From positions 62,744,001 to 62,808,000 of the forward strand of contig OZ320319.1 in the NCBI GenBank assembly GCA_976226885.1: a stretch of 64,000 nucleotides of DNA. The letters run 5' to 3'. The notes under the pieces are model-generated. The model made no database searches, was not told the origin of the DNA, and worked only from the letters and a program-made list of their open reading frames with translations. Of this stretch, positions 61,034 to 64,000 are shown in pieces. A program made the position numbers and the translations under genes. Each line of letters begins with the position of its first letter. Within the stretch, counting starts at the first letter, position 1. The DNA is from Iphione sp. A-MEVVRFRX5. Lineage: Eukaryota.

Positions 61034-62500
61034 TTGGATGAGAGGAAATCGTCAGGAATGCCAGGAATACCCATGATAGTCTCTAAGGATACCGTGTCCC
61101 TCTATATGTGCACCATCCTGATGATGATAAATGTCAGCTTATCACTCTGTTACTTTCTCCAGAGGTGGAAGTGCTCAAGGGTTACTCCAATCCCCAAGAA
61201 ACGGCCTATGAGCAATAAAGAAAACTATAGGCCTGTATCAATAATACCATGCATGGGGAAAGTAGTTGAAAAGCATGTACACAACAAACTGTCTTCACAT
61301 CTAGAGCAGAATGGCTTCCTACGAAGGGAACAACATGGTTTCAGAAGAGGTCGGGGAACTTCGACAGCATTAAGTGTCTTCTTGAAACAATGTTATGAGA
61401 CTGTCAACAATGGTAAACACTTCGGCTCCGTATTCCTTGACTTAACGTCTGCATTTGACGTGATAAATCATAGACATTTGGTAAGATCGTTGTCTAATTT
61501 TGGTATAGGGATAAAGACCAATAGCTGGGTAGCCTCCTACTTAGAAGGACGTAGTCAATATGTGAGCTGTAACGGTTATGTATCAAACACAAAAACAGTA
61601 GAACAAGGTGTACCACAGGGCAGCCACTTAGGCCCTCTCCTATTTGCACTGGTGATAAACAGCCTGCCGAGGTGTTTGACAATTGTGGACAGTCTCATGT
61701 ATGTGGATGACATCACCTTACACTGCCAAGCCAGCAACTTAATGACATTACGACTTAAACTGCAACGTGGGTTGACAGATGTAAGCAAGTGGTGTGCCTC
61801 GAACGGCCTGATAATCAACCCATTAAAATGTTTCTATATGGTCTTTGGTAAGGGACCGAAGTTAGATCTTGATCTTCAAGTAAATGGCAAACCGATAGTA
61901 AGAAAACAAGAAGGGATGTTTCTGGGCTACACAATAGATGAAGAACTCACCTGGAAATCACAGTGTAAGACAATTCAACGAAAGGTTAGACAACGGGCGT
62001 GTGCCATTTCCAAAGTTTCAAAACTCTTGAGATTTAACGATAGAGCAACACTGTTTAAAGCCTTTATAGCACCGTTGTTCGATTATGCACTCTGTCATAT
62101 AATACACAGCAGTAAAAAGATTCTGATGACACTACAAATTGAGTACAATAGGGCACTGCGGAGAGTAATGCTTGGAAAAAGAAGCTGTAACAAGTCAGCC
62201 AGGGCCCTCCGAAAGCAGCTGCGATTGGAGGCACTGGAAGAGAGGGGTACGAAACAGGGAGTTAGTCTAGTACATCGTTTGGTGACATTAAAACTATGTA
62301 TGCCTGCTTCACAAAAAAGAGTTACTAGGAGGAGTGTGGGGAGGACACTGTCTCTCTACAGACCGACTTCAAAGAAAGCAAATGATTGCTATTGGTACCA
62401 GAGTGTAAAAAGGTGGAACGCTCTAAAACCAGAGATGAGAGCAGAAGGCTCTATCAGTAAGTTTAGGAAGGAACTAGAGAAAATACAAATGGTGAACTAG
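61034..62500 (+). CDS. LINE reverse transcriptase (truncated ORF2, 488 codons, uninterrupted)
   Basis: KSSG..GIP, NYRPVSII, QHGFRRGRGT, DLTSAFD, GVPQGSHLGP, YVDD. Confidence 0.88.
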   Translation: MDERKSSGMPGIPMIVSKDTVSLYMCTILMMINVSLSLCYFLQRWKCSRVTPIPKKRPMSNKENYRPVSIIPCMGKVVEKHVHNKLSSHLEQNGFLRREQHGFRRGRGTSTALSVFLKQCYETVNNGKHFGSVFLDLTSAFDVINHRHLVRSLSNFGIGIKTNSWVASYLEGRSQYVSCNGYVSNTKTVEQGVPQGSHLGPLLFALVINSLPRCLTIVDSLMYVDDITLHCQASNLMTLRLKLQRGLTDVSKWCASNGLIINPLKCFYMVFGKGPKLDLDLQVNGKPIVRKQEGMFLGYTIDEELTWKSQCKTIQRKVRQRACAISKVSKLLRFNDRATLFKAFIAPLFDYALCHIIHSSKKILMTLQIEYNRALRRVMLGKRSCNKSARALRKQLRLEALEERGTKQGVSLVHRLVTLKLCMPASQKRVTRRSVGRTLSLYRPTSKKANDCYWYQSVKRWNALKPEMRAEGSISKFRKELEKIQMVN

Positions 62501-62661
62501 TATCAAAATGTCATTAGGAGTAAAACAACAGGGAGCACACAAGCCTGAAACTGTCATTGTAAGTAATTATATCTCTTTACTCTGCATAATTCTGAGTTCA
62601 CCAGAAGACCTCCTGTACATGTATAAGAGAATGTGAATAAACCATTCAATCAATCAATCAA
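61043..62661 (+). mobile_element. 5'-truncated CR1/L2-type LINE
   Basis: RT-only ORF, then 3' UTR, AATAAA and (TCAA)4 tail at 62646-62661. Confidence 0.88.
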
Positions 62662-62685
62662 CCTGTGTATTTAATTTTTCTCACA

Positions 62686-63018
62686 ATGGAGAACTGTGGC
62701 AAGTGCCTGCAGAAGCACCCCGCACCAGTGGATGAAGGGTACCTGATTGAAGGTGAGTCGGTGTGCTTACCTGAGGGCTTACCTGAGGACTTATGGAAGG
62801 CAGGGGTGACAGTGAGGAGGAAGAAGAAGAAAAGGGAGAAGGAGAAGGTGGAAAACTTCAAGCAGCTTAGGGCAGAGGCAGAAGAGCTGGATAGGCAGGA
62901 GAGGGAAGAGATTGAGCAGCTGAAAAGGTATATCAAGCAGAGACAAAAGGAGAGAGAAGAGGCACTGGCCATAAGGCCAGTGGCAGCAAATGTGGATCCC
63001 TGGCAACAGCGTCCTTAG
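62686..63018 (+). other. Short charged coiled-coil ORF, possible gag-like remnant
   Basis: MENCGKC..H followed by a K/E/R-rich helix; adjacent to LTR-element debris; no diagnostic motif. Confidence 0.25.
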
Positions 63019-63471
63019 CAACAACGGCCGTAAAATTACTGTTAGCAGGCAGCGGCAGTGGTATCCCGGCCAGCACACAAGGCGAGGCAGGCATCAACTT
63101 GCTGTCGGCAGGTGGCAGTGGTGTCCGGGCTGGCACACAAGGCTTTGCGGGTGCATCAACAGGCTGTCAGCCATTGGGGGTTGCAGTGAACGACCACATG
63201 CAGAAGACATTTGTATCCTTCAGATACAATTCGGTTGAGACAGTGATAGGGTTTGTGGAATGGGGGGACTACTTGGTGGTGACAGACCTAGCTAACACCT
63301 ACAGGGTGGTATCCATAAGGGTAGAAGACAGGAAGTATATGGGAATGAAGTCTTCCCAGGGGAGGGTGTTTAATATTGTGGCATGTGTGTGGGGCAAGTT
63401 GGTTAGAGTGTGTGCAGGAGTGGTTGTGCGAGAGAATGGGGCATGCGATTGTGGTTGTGGGAGTGAGTGTG

Positions 63472-63590
63472 TGTAACAGCTCCGATTTTGTATTCGCTCA
63501 GTCTTAAGCTAGGTTTGGAAGAATAAACATCTCTTTGATTACCTCTGAGTTCCTGCATTATGAGTTTTAGGAGTGGTAGATGACGTTACA
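63472..63590 (+). mobile_element. Candidate Gypsy-like 5' LTR (possibly only its 3' part)
   Basis: TGTAAC...GTTACA inverted termini, internal AATAAA, directly followed by a PBS. Confidence 0.5.
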
Positions 63591-63591
63591 T

Positions 63592-63611
63592 TGGTGGCAG
63601 TGGTGGGATCC
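63592..63611 (+). promoter_or_regulatory. Primer-binding site, probably tRNA-Leu
   Basis: TGGTGGCAGTGGTGGGATCC one base after the LTR end; close to the complement of a tRNA-Leu 3' end as I recall it. Confidence 0.6.
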
Positions 63612-63729
63612 CACCAGAGGGAGATTTGGAGTATGATAACCCTTCTGTGCAGGATTTCTGAACCCCTACCACCCCCAGCCAACAGCATATTGCAAGCCTC
63701 CCGGGGAGCCATAGAGAGGGGATGGGTCT

Positions 63730-64000
63730 TGACTGGAGGTGTACAGGATATCCGAATTTGATGATTTATCGACACGGGGGCATTGGTTACAGTGCTTGCA
63801 TCCCATTTGTTCAAGAGACTTGAAGGGTTTCACCTGTCGCCAGCTCCTGAGTGAATCTCATGCACTGATGGGCAACTGCTGGATGTCCTGGGCTAGACCT
63901 TCTTGCATGTCCAGTTTGAAGAGTTTAGCTTGCCGATTAAGGCCCACTTTGGAAACATCGTGGCAGATGGACTGCTTGGACTAGACATCCTAGAAGCCTG
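63730..64000 (+). pseudogene. Degenerate retropepsin (Gypsy-like aspartic protease), runs off window
   Basis: Frame reads FIDTGALVTVL..DGQLLDVLG..ADGLLGLDILEA with in-frame stops; absent from the ORF track. Confidence 0.8.

Overview
Eukaryotic, intron-rich genomic DNA, most likely from a marine invertebrate (AT-rich introns, GT-AG splice sites, two assembly gaps). No prokaryotic features or CRISPR arrays. Host genes: a rhotekin gene (+, exons 10117-15426) and a cluster of three divergent calmodulin-like EF-hand genes (-, +, -; about 28.8-53.6 kb). Two apparently young retroelements are the most unusual content. (1) A Penelope-like element (2568-7857) has 504-bp near-identical terminal direct repeats, each with a minimal hammerhead ribozyme. 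It encodes RT plus GIY-YIG and carries an extra C2H2 zinc-finger ORF inside the repeats. (2) A CR1/L2-group LINE (about 20.9-28.06 kb) has three ORFs: an ORF1p (coiled coil + RRM-like) fused to a degenerate NADAR/YbiA-like domain, a stand-alone SGNH esterase with an intact catalytic triad, and an AUG-less APE-RT preceded by a spacer with repeated hairpin motifs. The rest holds several MITEs (Tc1/mariner-, Harbinger-, hAT- and Kolobok-like), tandem repeats, a degenerate LINE, a 5'-truncated LINE and Gypsy-like LTR debris. All calls are by eye from motifs; no database searches were run.
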